Shown here piece after piece: positions 21,038 through 35,064 of a stretch of 64,000 bases of DNA. Source of the DNA: Octopus vulgaris (Eukaryota). The stretch spans positions 63,488,001 through 63,552,000 of the forward strand of contig OX597815.1 of assembly GCA_951406725.2 (NCBI GenBank), written 5' to 3'. Position numbers and translations under genes: made by a program. Position 1 is the first letter of the stretch; each line of letters opens with the position of its first letter. The notes under the pieces are model-generated. The model was not told the origin of the DNA and made no database searches. It saw nothing but the letters and a program-made list of their open reading frames with translations.

Positions 21038-21463
21038 TACTCTTTTACTCTTTACTCTTTTACTCTTTTACTTGTTTCAGTCATTTGACTGCGGCCATGC
21101 TGGAGCACCGCCTTTAGTCGAGCAAATTGACCCCAGGACTTATTCTTTGTAAGCCCAGTACTTATTCTATCGGTCTCTTTTGCCGAACCGCTGACGGGGA
21201 CGTAAACACACCAGCATCGGTTGTCAAGCAATGCTAGGGGGACAAACACAGACACACAAACATATACACACACACTTATATATATATATACATATATACG
21301 ACAGGCTTCTTTCAGTTTCCGTCTACCAAATCCACTCACAAGGCATTGGTCGGCCCGGGGCTATAGCAGAAAACACTTGCCCAAGGTGCCACGCAGTGGG
21401 ACTGAACCCGGAACCATGTGGTTGGTAAACAAGCTACTTACCACACAGCCACTCCTGCGCCTA
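21038..21463 (-). mobile_element. SINE family A, young copy
   Basis: Near-identical reverse complement of 29528-29953 with (gtaaaaga)n tail. Confidence 0.9.
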
Positions 21464-21586
21464 TGTACATTATATATATATATATAATTTAATAAAAGCA
21501 CAACAAGCAGAAATATTACAAAAACATAACAAACAAAACATTCGCAGCTTATTCCTCATCATTCAACGTCCAAAAGATCATTACTA

Positions 21587-21744
21587 TAGGCGAAGGCGTG
21601 GTTGTATGGTAAGAAACTTGCTTCCCATGCACATGGTTCCCGGTTCAGTTTCAATGCTTGGCACCTTGGGCCGACCGAAGGACTTGTGAGTGGATTTGGT
21701 AGATTGAAATTGAATGAAGCCCGTCATGTGTGTGTGTGTGTATG

Positions 21745-21841
<97 letters not shown>

Positions 21842-22023
21842 CTGTTTGTCTCCTCATCACTGCAACTGATGTTGTTATGTTTATATCCCCGTAACTTAGC
21901 GTTCGAAACAAGAAACTATTACCATAAGTACTAGGCTTTAAAAAAAAAAGTCCTGAAGTCGATTTGTTTGACGAAGACCCTTCAAAGCGGTGCCCCAGCA
22001 TGGCCGCAGTCAACGAATAAAAG
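21587..22023 (+). mobile_element. SINE family A, diverged copy with expanded (GT)n
   Basis: ggcaccttggg...gtgccccagcatggccgcagtc. Confidence 0.75.
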
Positions 22024-22788
22024 ATAATATACATATTTGTATATAGCTGCGTGTGTATGTGTGTTTCAGTGATGAAAGCCATTGAAACTAGTCAAAATTT
22101 ATTAAATACAATGACTACCCCAAGAAGTGTTGTTCAGTTGACTTACTCTACTGCGCAGCCAAGCCTTCTCCATGTACAAGTCAAATAATGCATATAGTCA
22201 AAAATGGTAACAAAGATCGTTGTCTGAATTCCTCCTGGTGTTATCCAGTAATTTCCTACCAGTAAAAAGTATTGACATTCAATAATTCACTTTTCATAAC
22301 AACGCACCACCAGGTCTAGGAATTGAAACCACAATCTCGCGAACACCCTAACTACTAGGCCATGTGTCCTCATATATTTAATTTTTATTGGTGCAAAACA
22401 AAACCGAACGTTAAATTTGAACTGTATTCGAACTTGAAGCCTGTATTCCAACAGTGAAAACTGTTCGGGTATTTCTTGTCTCAGCTAACAACAAAGAACA
22501 GAGTAAAATATTTCGCTGGGTGGAAGAAGGAGAAAGACGGTGGTAGGGTCCATAAAACGTGAATAGTACAGAAAACAACGTTCTGTGTACATATATGTGT
22601 GTATACATACATAACCAAGCATGTAAGCATTACATATGTATATGAGTGTGTATATCTATATAAAATTACGTACCCACTCAACCAGATTCGTGTACATGCA
22701 TAAACAAATAACAAACGCAATGAAACATATAAATAATTACGTAATATATAATACATGCACACATACATACATACATATATACATATAC

Positions 22789-22824
<36 letters not shown>

Positions 22825-22903
22825 ACACATATATATGCATACATATATTCGTACATATTTACTGCACCTAGATTTGAGAGTTCTTTTGTAATAATGCAAT
22901 AGC

Positions 22904-22937
<34 letters not shown>

Positions 22938-22974
22938 TTAATAATAATAATAATAATAACAATAATAATAATGA

Positions 22975-23049
<75 letters not shown>

Positions 23050-23529
23050 CATCATCATCATCATCGTCATCATCATCATTATTATTGATGTGATTATTGG
23101 TAGTTTTATTCTAACGATATTAATCTTTCGTTTACGTAACATATTAATCATATTAACAGGTTTTCATCACAATGAGTAAGTTTAATTAGATTTGAGAATG
23201 AGGTAGAGGAAGAAGTAGTGGAGTAATTAAGTGAGCACCACCAATATAACGATTTGAGAGGAAACGAATTTCATCAACGTCGTTATTGGCACCGATATTG
23301 GTGTTGGTGTTGATGATGATGATGGCATACATACATGCGTGAGTGTATATACATACACATACTAATATATCTGTGTGTGTGTATAACACTTATATATAGG
23401 TAGGTAAGTATGTATATGTATATCTGCATGTCTATGCTTGTGTGTGTGTGTATGTGTATTCGTGGATGTGTGTGCGTAATAACGAAACTTAAAAGCAACA
23501 ACTCTAGGATTAAACGTCTAAAAATAGAA

Positions 23530-23569
<40 letters not shown>

Positions 23570-23621
23570 CTCTACTAAATGCATTGAGTACGTTTTCCTT
23601 TCGTTTTCAAATATAATCAAT

Positions 23622-23652
<31 letters not shown>

Positions 23653-23727
23653 CATACATACTTGCATATATATATATATGCACATATATATGCATGCATA
23701 CATATGTATATATATATACATATATTA

Positions 23728-25078
23728 ATAAATAAAATAAAACATGCATATATATAAGCATATATGTACGTACCTACTTCTACATGTACATATACACATA
23801 TATGAGTACAGGACACCAAAAGGACGTCGAACACAATGAGAAACGAAAACATAGACACAAACCAAAGGAACTGGACATTTTTTTTAAACAACAAAAAATA
23901 GAGTACAGGACAATTAACACAAAGAAAAAACCCTTCTTCAGTCGCTATGGTTTCATCTACTCTACGTTTCGAAGGATAAAAGCGAGACGTATCTTCGACA
24001 AGAAACTTTCCTTCCTGCGAAAAGCAAATCAATTAAAATTCTGAGATCTTTTCGCAGAGGAGTAAAAATGATAACAAAACCAGGACAGTAACGACAGTAC
24101 AAATTATAAACAGTAAAAGACAGGACAAGGAAAAACAAGATAAGAAGGGCTGTTAACGCCGAACGAAAAAAAGTATTGCGAACGCGGAATTTTTTATGAA
24201 CGACGAGCAGAGCAAAAAGAATGTCGTCCATTACCTTGAGAGGGCCAGGCCAGAAAGACAGCGGTGGAAGTCTCGTCGCGGGTGAACGACGGGAAGGGGG
24301 AGGAGGAGCAAGAGAAAGGGAGAGAAGAAGGGGAATGGCTGCGAGGAAACCATGAAGAATGGAGAGGGGGAGAGAGAGAGTAAAGAATGAGAGAGAGGAA
24401 GAGACAAGTTAAGTAGAGAAAAAGGAAATCAAAGGATGAAGGCTGAGAAAGGGATGGCACAGAAAGGTTAAGAGTGCGCGTCAAAGTTAATATCAAGAAC
24501 AAAACTTGATATAAAGAACAATCTTACTTAAGGGGGTGCGTGCGTTTCGTCATATAATATATTTATAAATAAAATAAAACATGCATATATATAAACATAT
24601 ATGTACGTACCTACCTCTACATGTACATATACATGCATATATGAGTACAGGACACCAAAAGGACGTCGAACACAATGAGAAACGAAAACATAGACACAAA
24701 CCAAAGGAACTGGACATTTTTTAAAAACAACAAAAAAATAGAGTACAGGACAATTAACACAAAGAAAAAACCCTTCTTCAGTCGCTATGGTTTCATCTAT
24801 TCTACGTTTCGAAGGATAAAGGCGAGACGTATCTTCGACAAGAAACTTTCCTTCCTGCGAAAAGCAAATCAATTAAAATTCTGAGATCTTTTCGCAGAGG
24901 GGTAAAAAATAGTAACAAAAACAGGACAGTAACGACAGTACAAATTATAAACAGTAAAAGACAGGACAAGAAAAAACAAGATAAGAAGGGCTGTTAACGC
25001 CGAACGAAAAAAAGTATTGCGAACGCGGAATTTTTTATGAACGACGAGCGGAGCAAAAAGAATGTCGTCCATTACCTT
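23728..25078 (-). mobile_element. Partial tandem (~840-bp period) Penelope pLTR-like repeat with variant hammerhead motifs
   Basis: 23728-24237 nearly identical to 24565-25078; minus strand TTC-TTGTCGA-A-GA...TC-GAAAC-GTA-GAG at 23960-24004 and ~24800-24844; third copy at 35741-36125. Confidence 0.6.
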
Positions 25079-25115
25079 ATATGTGTGTGCATATATATGT
25101 ATCTATAAATATATA

Positions 25116-25163
<48 letters not shown>

Positions 25164-25264
25164 TAGTAATAAATAGTATTACACTAAAAGAAAGAGTAAA
25201 TGAGACCTCAATATTATGTAAATAGAGGAATTTATATGTATGCGACAATTACTCAGTTGCCATT

Positions 25265-25323
25265 ATAAAACTTCGAGTTTCGGATGTCGGGGCGGAAATC
25301 TGCTCTGGCATCTCGTCAGTTAT
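25265..25323 (-). ncRNA. Hammerhead-like motif (type I, slightly decayed)
   Basis: ATAA-CTGACGA-GATG...CATC-C-GAAAC-tcgaa-GTT-TTAT; canonical core, near-palindromic stem III. Confidence 0.55.
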
Positions 25324-25762
25324 TAAGACAAACAAAAATGCTATGAAAATGACCGTTAAACAAAGGGAAATTACTATGAAGATGACCGTTATTAAGACAA
25401 GCAAAAGAAATATTAGAATGACAGTTAAATAAAGGGAAAAAAACCGAAAGTGAAAGTTAAAAAACTCATAGAAATCGTGTATGTGCGCATATACATACAT
25501 ACACATGCGCGCACGCACACCATCGTACATGAGCATATAAGCATATGCTCACTCACACTCGCGTGAAACACATGCATGCTTACCCACACACAACGCATAC
25601 ACACAGCCATACGCGCACAATTATGTTCATATACACGTCATTATACGCACATGCGCAAACATGTAGGGGGAAAGGTAATATACAGAAAAATATGTAAAAA
25701 TATATAAAGCAATAAAAATATTTTAAAATATATATAAAAATATGTAAATATATATATATCTA

Positions 25763-26495
25763 CTAGCTTAAGGTGACCCGCTCTACGCGCGGGTGAGGTT
25801 GTGGTTGTTACTTTCTGTTTCTTCCTTTCTGTTTCTTATCACCACATTCTCCCTCTTTGTTTCTCTATCCTTTCTCATTTTCCCACTCTCTTACTCTTCC
25901 TTTCTCTTGGACTTTCCCTCACTTTCTCTTTCTCTTTATCTTTCTCTATCTATCTCTCTGCCATTTATAAAAAAATTAGATTTCCGCGTTTAAATTACAA
26001 ATCCACTTCCAATTTACCATGTTGAAAATTTGATTGAAATCGGGCAAAAGGTGTCCGATCTAGACCACCAAGTGTCCCCAAAAATCAATAAAATCCCAGT
26101 TTTCACACCAAAGCAACCACTGTAGCGACACAAAACGTCTCCCAATCAATTTTCCCCCTCAGGTTACCCCCTCCTGTAAATTTGAATCCCCTTCCAGCCC
26201 CATTTAGACCCCTTTTTACATAAAAATCCAATCTGCGTCTACGTTCGCCTTCTTCATTTTATAGATAGGATTAGATGCCAATCGCGTCAATCTGGAGGGG
26301 TTTAGAGCCCCCTTGAATCTTCTCACCATAGCAACCGCATCTTTCCAGATGGTGAGTTTTAACCTACTCAACTCATCACGCCTTCTATGCCTGTGTCAAT
26401 TTTCAGCTCGATCTGACCACTGGTGTGGCTGCCAACCTCTGACGTAGCAAAACGTGCACACAATTTTGACCCAAAGCCTCTTTTATATATATATA
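25763..26495 (-). mobile_element. Non-autonomous Helitron
   Basis: 3' CTAG at 25763-25766 with subterminal hairpin acccgc...gcgggt; other end in (TA)n. Confidence 0.65.
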
Positions 26496-26499
26496 TATT

Positions 26500-27035
26500 G
26501 ATAGCAGAGAAACCCAGTCTTGTACGGGATTAAAAAAAATTATCATTGTTTTATTTGTTTCGGTATTATAACTCAATTTCATTCGGGTCTACGTGGGCCA
26601 CACTTTAAAGATTCTAGGGAATTTTTCCCTAGAGGCCACACCTTTCAATTGAGCAAACTCAAAGCTACCATGCAAGCTCGCCAGGACTTTTAACATAGGT
26701 GTGCAAATTTTCAACTGAATCCTACCATATTTACTAACACTTTCGCCTGTATAACTACTTTTGAGACAACGTCTGCCCTTTTCACAAATATGGAGTAGAC
26801 CTACAGAGATACCGACCTTACTTGGGATTAAAATGGCATAGTTTTTCGTTGTTTTACTTGTTTGGTTAATATAAGCCGATTTCATTCGGGTGTAATCGGG
26901 CCACATTTCAAAAGATGAGGAATTTTGTCCTAGAGGTCACGCCTTTCATTTGAGTAAAAAAATAGTTGCCATGCAAACTCGCCAGAACTTTTAACATAGG
27001 TGTGCATATTTTCAGCTCAACCGACCACATAATGC

Positions 27036-27079
<44 letters not shown>

Positions 27080-27800
27080 GTGTGCATTATGTGTGCATTA
27101 TGTGGTCGGTTGAGCTGAAAATATGCACACCTATGTTAAAAGTTCTGGCGAGTTTGCATGGCAACTATTTTTTTACTCAAATGAAAGGCGTGACCTCTAG
27201 GACAAAATTCCTCATCTTTTGAAATATATATATATATATAAATATATAAATACAGATATATACACTTTGTATATATAAACATTATATATACATATTTATA
27301 TATAGATACACACACATACGCACATATGAATTAACCCAATAAATATCTGATTCATAATATTTGTTCTCCTGATTGTGTGGTGGTGGTGGCGATAATAAAA
27401 CTCTCTATGAATGCAGATAGACGTACAGAGAGAGAAAGAGGGGTAGGGAGGCGGTGAGGGAAAGAGTGACATCACTGACGAAGGCGGCGGGGAAAGATAG
27501 TAGTATCTGTCAAACATCCTTATAGGGAGAAAGTGATGGGAAGGGAGGAAACAGAGAGAGACAAAGGAAGACATGCAGATAAGAGAATGAGAGGAGACTT
27601 GTCCAAGCGTGCGTTTTTTGCCCTAGTAACCACACCTTTTAAGATAGGGATTTCTAACCTAGCCCACTCACATCCTCACCTCATTTTACATGTCCCTGTA
27701 AATTTTGGAATCAATCTGACGGGATCTGGTGCCCTTTAACCCGTTCCAATGCCAAAACCAGACAAACAAACTTTTCGCATTTCAGATTTATACATATTGA
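26500..27800 (-). mobile_element. Helitron-related repeat with ~300-bp diverged tandem duplication and an internal palindrome
   Basis: 26500-26800 similar to 26800-27040; cagacaaacaaac...ttatacatattgat end near 27760-27800 resembles other Helitron 5' ends here. Confidence 0.5.
26905..27225. repeat. 134-bp-arm inverted repeat centred on (TA)n
   Basis: 26905-27038 is the reverse complement of 27092-27225. Confidence 0.9.
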
Positions 27801-27849
27801 TATAAATATAGAGAGATAAAATGTTTATACGTGGACACAATATAAAAAG

Positions 27850-28211
27850 CAGGTTGTATCTGAGATCTTGGCGGGAGGCCAAAAACGTAACAAATATTTA
27901 GCCATATGTCGGCGTGATCCATAAAGTTCAGTTCTTGAATTTAGACATGTAGCGGGGTCTAAGCTGCTTTTCCAGATGAGTTATCTTTCCATATCACAAA
28001 GACCGCACTTTCCACCGCCGTTGGTGTAAGACTTACACTTGGCTAAGATCTTCCACTGGATGTTGTAATTGATACCTTTTTCTTTTAAGGTCCATAAATG
28101 ACAGGATAATTTGGTTGTTTTTCTTTTTCCCCAGTGTCTGAAGCTCAAGGTGTGATTGTTGAACCTGGCTTTAAGATTACCCTCTCTGAGATCCACATAT
28201 TTCTTTGTCAC
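27850..28211 (-). mobile_element. Penelope-like element GIY-YIG endonuclease remnant
   Basis: YVDLREGNLKARFNNHTLSFR...TKLSCHLWTLKEKGINYNIQWKILAKCKSY...CGLCDMER resembles the PLE YIG..F K.R.NNH..SF / C.LC..EK C-terminus. Confidence 0.75.
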
Positions 28212-28544
28212 ATATTAATCGAAAGACATCTGTTGTTATGTCCTGTTAATATTTTTATTGTATTCGTGTAACATTGACCGTTTTTACCCGTCATTTTTGT
28301 ATACATTCGTTGCTTTCTTCCAAGGAATCTAATGCTTTTAGCTTAGTTTTCCCTTGGGGCTGACCAGATTGGAGCAATTTCAAGTATAATCAGCCGAAAT
28401 TGCGAAGATAATCTGGAACTTGACTGAAGAAAGAAAACTTCGAATGACCCATCCTTGTTTTCTTTGTATCGTCTATCTGGATGTTTTGTTGTCCCATTTT
28501 TGTATCACCTAACTGTCCGAATGTTTTGCGTTCTTGTCCCATTT

Positions 28545-28574
<30 letters not shown>

Positions 28575-28578
<4 letters not shown>

Positions 28579-29330
28579 TCATTCCATAAGTTCTGTCCGA
28601 ATTTTGAATAAAGAAAACACGTGATCAAATGTTATATTTAATTGAAATTTAATCATCGATGTACTTTCCCTGATTATCTATGACTTCCTTCCATCTATTT
28701 ACAAGCTTTTAATCACATCAATGTAAAACTCTTTTGGTTTCAAAGCTAAGAACTCTGAAATGTCAGTTTCGACCTCCTCCTAGCTTGCGAAAGTTATGTT
28801 CCCCAAATGATTCTGTAAACTACGAAACAAATGGTAGTCTGAAGGAACAAGGTTGGGAGAATACGATGGATGGAGAATTTTTTCCCAGCCAAGCTCTTCG
28901 ATCGTCTGTGATGTGATCTTTGCAGTGTGGGGTCGCGCATTGTCCTAATGAAACATCACACCTTTTCGATTCACTAAAGCGGGTCTTTTTTTCTTCAAAG
29001 CTTCGTTGAAACGCTCTAATTGCTGACTGTAGACTTGAGCATTGATTGTTGCATTAGGTGGTAACAATTCAAAGCGAATTACTCCTTTGCAATCTCACCA
29101 GATGAAGAGAAGAACCTTTCTCCACGAAGTTCGCTTTTCGGTTTTGGTTGAGATTTTTCCCTTTTACTAAGCTGCTATTTACGACGTTTAACATTTCGAT
29201 AGAAGATCCATTTTTCGTCACCAGTCACAAGTCTATCCAAAAAGGGTGAAATGAGTTTGCGAGAATGGAGTGAAGAGCAGATGTCAACTCGGTATTTGCG
29301 GTTGCTTTCGAACAGATTCTCTTTAGCCAC
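28575..29330 (-). mobile_element. Mariner transposase remnant
   Basis: Minus strand encodes FH*DNARPHTA near 28920-28955; terminus abuts (TA)n. Confidence 0.7.
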
Positions 29331-29527
29331 ATATTATACGTATATATATAACAGTATATTTAAATTTCACTGTAGTTTGTATGACGTCAAATGATACACT
29401 GCTGAAATAATTATGAATATCTTTTACTACCAAAGACATCAAGGAAGAACTTTCCTTCAAGAAAAAATTTCATATTAGATACCTTTAATTTTTTAGTCCA
29501 TAAGAACATGTTAGAAATAAATTCACT

Positions 29528-29953
29528 TAGGCGCAGGAGTGGCTGTGTGGTAAGTAGCTTGTTTACCAGCCACATGGTTCCGGGTTCAGTCCCACTGCGT
29601 GGCACCTTGGGCAAGTGTCTTCTACTATAGCCTCAGGCTGACCAAAGCCTTGTGAGTGGATTATTTGGTAGACGGAAACTGAAAGAAGCCCGTCGTATAT
29701 ATGTAAATATATATATATATGTATGTGTGTGTGTTTGTGTGTCTGTGTTTGTCCCCCTAGCATTGCTTGACAACCGATGCTGGTGTGTTTCTGTCCCCGT
29801 CACTTAGCGGTTCGGCAAAAGAGACCGATAGAATAAGTACTGGGCTTACAAAGAATGAGTCCCGGGGTCGAGTTGCTCGATTAAAAAGGCGGTGCTCCAG
29901 CATGGCCGCAGTCAAATGACTGAAACAAGTAAAAGAGTAAAGAGAGTAAAGAG
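29528..29953 (+). mobile_element. SINE family A, young full-length copy
   Basis: A box TGGCTGTGTGG, B-box-like GGTTCAGTCC, CORE-like ggcaccttgggcaagtgtct, tail gactgaaacaa(gtaaa(a)ga)n. Confidence 0.9.
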
Positions 29954-30034
29954 TTATCTTAATTTTTTAATCCTCGCTTCTTCGTGCTCTTATAGACATA
30001 CGTAAATGTAAGTACGGAGCTAAGTAACAACATT

Positions 30035-30370
30035 AGTACTTGATTGGTACTATATATCGACCTCGTAAGGAGAAAAGATGAAGTTCACACCAGCGGCCTT
30101 TGAACTCAGAAAGTAAAGAGCTAGAAGAAATTACGCTAGACATTTTGTCCGATGCGCTAATGATCCAGCCGTTTCACCACTTTAAATATTAATTCTTTGA
30201 AATTATAGAACAAAGCCAGCAAGTGTAGCAGAATGGGGTTTATCGATTATATCGACACCAATACACAAAGGGTACTTTATTTTATCGACCCCAAAAGAAC
30301 GAGAATTGATTTCAGAATTTAAAAAACCGGAAGAAATACTGCAAGGTATTCTTTACCAACATTCTAACGA
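30035..30370 (-). mobile_element. SINE family B fragments (old)
   Basis: tttgaactcagaa and tttatcgacccc motifs. Confidence 0.5.
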
Positions 30371-30991
30371 TTCTCTCATAATATAATGAAATACATACCA
30401 ATCATCTGTAATACTTTTATTCTCAGTGAGGAACTAGAACGAATAATCTATAGGACTAAGGAAATAATTTAAATCAGATCAGGATACGACAATTAGGATT
30501 TTGGTTTATTTTAATTTTATTAATATATGTTGCTTTTGTGTCAATTTTTCATTTCTTTCTGGGACACACATGAACAAATGACGCCAGCTTAATTCTATTA
30601 AGGACAAGATTTTGACAGTCTGTATATTTCCCATGTGTGAGGGGGGAGTTAATATTAATGAAGCTCTCGTCAAAGGATTTCCCCGAATTTCGAAGTGAAA
30701 AACTCAAGGCAATATTTTGAGAGGGAGGCATGATGACCAAGAGGCCAGGTATCTGTAAGTATGTATGTATGTATGTATGTATGTATGTATGTATGTATGT
30801 ATGTATGTATATATATATGCATACATATACGTACTTACATATATATGTGCATACAAATATAATGTGCATACATATATATATATGTACATACGTATATATG
30901 TACATATATATAGATATATATAATATATATAAATATATACATAGATATATAAATATATACATATATATATATGCATACACATATATACACA

Positions 30992-31051
<60 letters not shown>

Positions 31052-31392
31052 TATACATATATATATGTATAGAGTAAGGGAGAGAGGGGGCAATATCAAC
31101 GCGTATGGAACTGTCTCACCTTTGATTGACCTTATTACTCCAGTGCCACCACCAATACCATCGCTACCACCACGACTTGCATCACCACCATTATCAGTAT
31201 TATCACCCTAACACCACCATCACCACCAGAGACTATCTAGTCCAGTGTTCTTGAAGGTGGGGTGTGGGAATTCAGAAACGAACGTAAGTAGCAAGGGAAT
31301 AAAGTTGGCAATAAAATCTTTATTAAAACCACTATTCGATATATACTATATATATGATGTGCTATAGATATGCATGTGTGTGTGTGCGTATG

Positions 31393-31556
31393 TAAGCGCA
31401 GGAGTGGCTGTGTGGTAAGTAGCTTGCGTACCAGCCGCATGGCTCCCGGTTCAGTCCCACTGCGTGGCACCTTGGGCAAGTATCTTCTACTACAGCTTCG
31501 GGCCGACCAAAGCCTTGTGAGTGGATTTGGTAGACGGAAACTGAAAGAAGCACATC

Positions 31557-31560
<4 letters not shown>
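31393..31560 (+). mobile_element. SINE family A 5' half
   Basis: Matches head of 29528 copy; ends in (TA)n. Confidence 0.85.
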
Positions 31561-31594
<34 letters not shown>

Positions 31595-32141
31595 GCATCC
31601 TCTTCCAAGTAAGTTTTATCTTAATAATTCTCTATACGATCCTTTTACTCTTTCGTTTTCCTCTCTTTTTCTCTCTCTTATTCTTTTACCTCCTCTTCTC
31701 CCACTATTCTATCCTATTACTCCTCCTCCCATGCTCACATAGTTCCCACATGACCATCGGCCAACTTTCTTTCTCTCCGTTGTAGCTGGAACAAGGAAGA
31801 CTTGTTTTTATTTGTCTCCTGTCCTAGCTTGATTTACGCGTTCGCCATCAAAACCACGTTTAGGCTTAGCAGCCCTTCCTGTTTGTGTTACCTATTTTGA
31901 CTCTCCACAAAATCTCAAATTTCAATTGATTTGCTTGTTTTATCGAAAATATATTTAGTTGTTAAATGCTCGAAATATGAGACAAGTAAAACAGCCAACA
32001 ACTAATGAAGGGTCGTTCTTTATGTTGTTTGTTTCATTGTCCATTTATGTCTTTCGTTGTTCGAAAGAATAGTTCATGTTCCATGTACTCGAGCTTCGTA
32101 CTTTTTTGCTGTACACGTTTCATGACGTCCTGCACCCACAT

Positions 32142-32185
<44 letters not shown>

Positions 32186-32223
32186 GTATAGATGTAAGTA
32201 TGTACATATACAAATGTATATAC

Positions 32224-32341
<118 letters not shown>

Positions 32342-33345
32342 ATATAATATAATATAATATAATATAATATAATATAAATATATATAAAACCATTGCCCCA
32401 ATGATATTGGCAAAATTCACTCAGGGCTTAGTCTCCATGCCATCCGTTCTCTACAAAAACCATGCTTGCCTCATATTACAACACTAAGACCAAACTAATT
32501 TACCGCTACTGGCTCTGCTCTCTTTAGCATTTACAGATATTCCACCCACCCGAATATATCTCTGCAAACAATAACTCTTGATTTGAATGGGCTATGGTGA
32601 CCAAAGAATGACTATAAGATGAACATCATTAAATGTCTTTTCCTGGTGGGCCTATTAAAGCTAGTCATTGCCTGGGCTGGGCTGGAACTTTTCAAAGTAT
32701 AAACGCGGAGGTGTGTGTTGATAGACAAATGGGGCGAATTTCACTATTCTACCTATATAAAAAGAGGAAAAAACTTGCACACTTTGGCTTTGGTAAGGAT
32801 TCAATGGTACTAGACGTGCTAGCGTCGAGCTGAAAATTGGCAGGGATACTAAATGCGTGGTGAGGATGCGACCTGCGATGGTTAACATTCGCAAGCTATA
32901 AAGATGTGGTTGCTATGGCAAAAAGAGTGATTTTTTAAATATTTCAGCATTCAGAAATAGATACGTTGTAAGGAGAACAACTCAGTAGTTTCAATGATAA
33001 CATTTACAAGTAACGACTGTACATAAATATCAAAATTACTTATTTGTTGCGAAATAATATGTGCGTGTGCATGCGTGTGTGTGTGCGTGAGTGTGTGCAT
33101 GTGCGTGTGTGTGTGTGTGTATGTGTGTGTGTTTGTGTGTGTGTGTGCATGCATACGAGCGCGAGAGTTGCCTGTTACTTCAATCGAACTCAAAAAAGTA
33201 GTTAAAAAAGCAATTAATAATTTTAAGAATAAATTCACGTAACCCGATAGTATAAAGGGTAGCAAAGCATGATAAAAGATAATAAGAGTAGAAATTAATA
33301 TTATTTTTAGCATATAAGGGATCCACTGAGTGGTCTCTCCTTTTG

Positions 33346-33673
33346 TCTATATATATAAAGCTGAAGTTGTCTGTGTGTAGCAGATTTGGTGGGCTTCAAC
33401 TAACACTATCTCCTCCGAGACCCTGCGACGCAAGTTAACCAAAATTGAAAGTATGATAGAAGACGGCTTGCTCTTCATTCCGTAGAAGATAAAATTCAAA
33501 TCGGACTATATTAAGACGAAAAATTATTTACATCAAAAAGGTGCTTTTTCTCTATGAAAATCACTATTTTTTACAATTTTTTGACTGCAGTATCGCCATT
33601 TAATTTTCAAAAATTCCGATTCTAAAGGGTCGAAAAGAAAACAAACCCGAGCAACGCCGGGCAATACTGCTAG
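33346..33673 (+). mobile_element. Non-autonomous Helitron
   Basis: 5' TCTATATATATAAAG, 3' hairpin CCCG-agcaacgc-CGGG then CTAG|T; second copy at 53109-53480. Confidence 0.8.
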
Positions 33674-33832
33674 TTCTCTATAAACTGAAAGAATGGAACA
33701 TCTTTAATCGATTTTTGAATTTAGTTGGCTCTCATCAGAGGTACCTATCTTTCTTAACCAATCTCTCCACCTCTCTCTCTCGTATATATATATATATATA
33801 TATATATATAAGTAGCTAGCTAGCTAGCCTGC

Positions 33833-33876
<44 letters not shown>

Positions 33877-34069
33877 CAGATAGATACATACATACATACA
33901 TACATACATACATACATACATACATACATACAAAGATACATACATACATATATACATACATACATACATGAATATAAACACACTCATACACATAAAAGCA
34001 CAGCGTTACACGAAAGCGCTGTGTGACCTAAAATGTTGTACCACGCTCTCCTTAGTTGGTTTAGATATA

Positions 34070-34133
<64 letters not shown>

Positions 34134-34680
34134 TATGTGTGTGTGTATTTGACTCTATTTTGCAAGGTCAAATTCATCCAAGATTCAACTGGGACTCCCA
34201 GATGCAATTAGAACATCAATATATCCTTACAAATTCACCGATGTCTTAAGACCTACTGCCATTGCTCTCCATAGGGAAAATACCAAATAAGTGTAAAACA
34301 AGAGCTACAACAGGAAAAAAACCCCAACAAAAATAAGAACCACAACAGCTGCTGATGGTAGTAGTGGTGATAGTGATGATAGTGCTACTGCTGCTGCTGA
34401 GGCCCAAGAAAGGAAGCACGAGAAACAAAATATACACGTGTACAAATGATGGAAAAGGAGATGAAATTGATATCAAAACTATCGAATCAGTAAAACATTG
34501 ATGAAGACGGAGAGGATGATGTGTATAGCATGCACACGTACATACACGAACACACACATACGCCCGCGCGCACACACATACACACATATACACATACACA
34601 TGTACATATTTGTGTGTGTGCCTATGTTTGTGTGTGTATATATGTGTGTGTGGGGGTACATATATATACACGTATATGTT

Positions 34681-35064
34681 TATCAAGTAATATTTGTAGC
34701 CACTTCAACATGGCTGTCTGTTCAAACGGACTCTACTGCGATTTTTTTAACTCCAAGAGGACATCTCCATTTAACGATACAGAGCTACATCTGATAAATT
34801 GCGAACAGGGGAGCGAACCTCTACCACCTTACAAATACACCGATGTCTTAAGATGTACTACCATTGCTCTTCATGGGGAAAATATCAAATAAATGTAAAA
34901 CAAGAGCTACAACAGGGTGGTAGGGGTTCGCTCCCCAGCTCACAATTTATCTGATGCAGCTCTGCATCGGTAACCAGTTAGAGATGTCCTCTTGGGGTTA
35001 AAAATCGCAGTGGAGTCCGTTCGAACGGGCAGTCATGTTGAGGTGCTTACGAATATTACTTGAT
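34681..35064. mobile_element. Fold-back/MITE with ~148-bp imperfect terminal inverted repeats
   Basis: 34681-34828 is an imperfect reverse complement of 34915-35064; ~90-bp spacer also present at 34225-34314. Confidence 0.7.
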
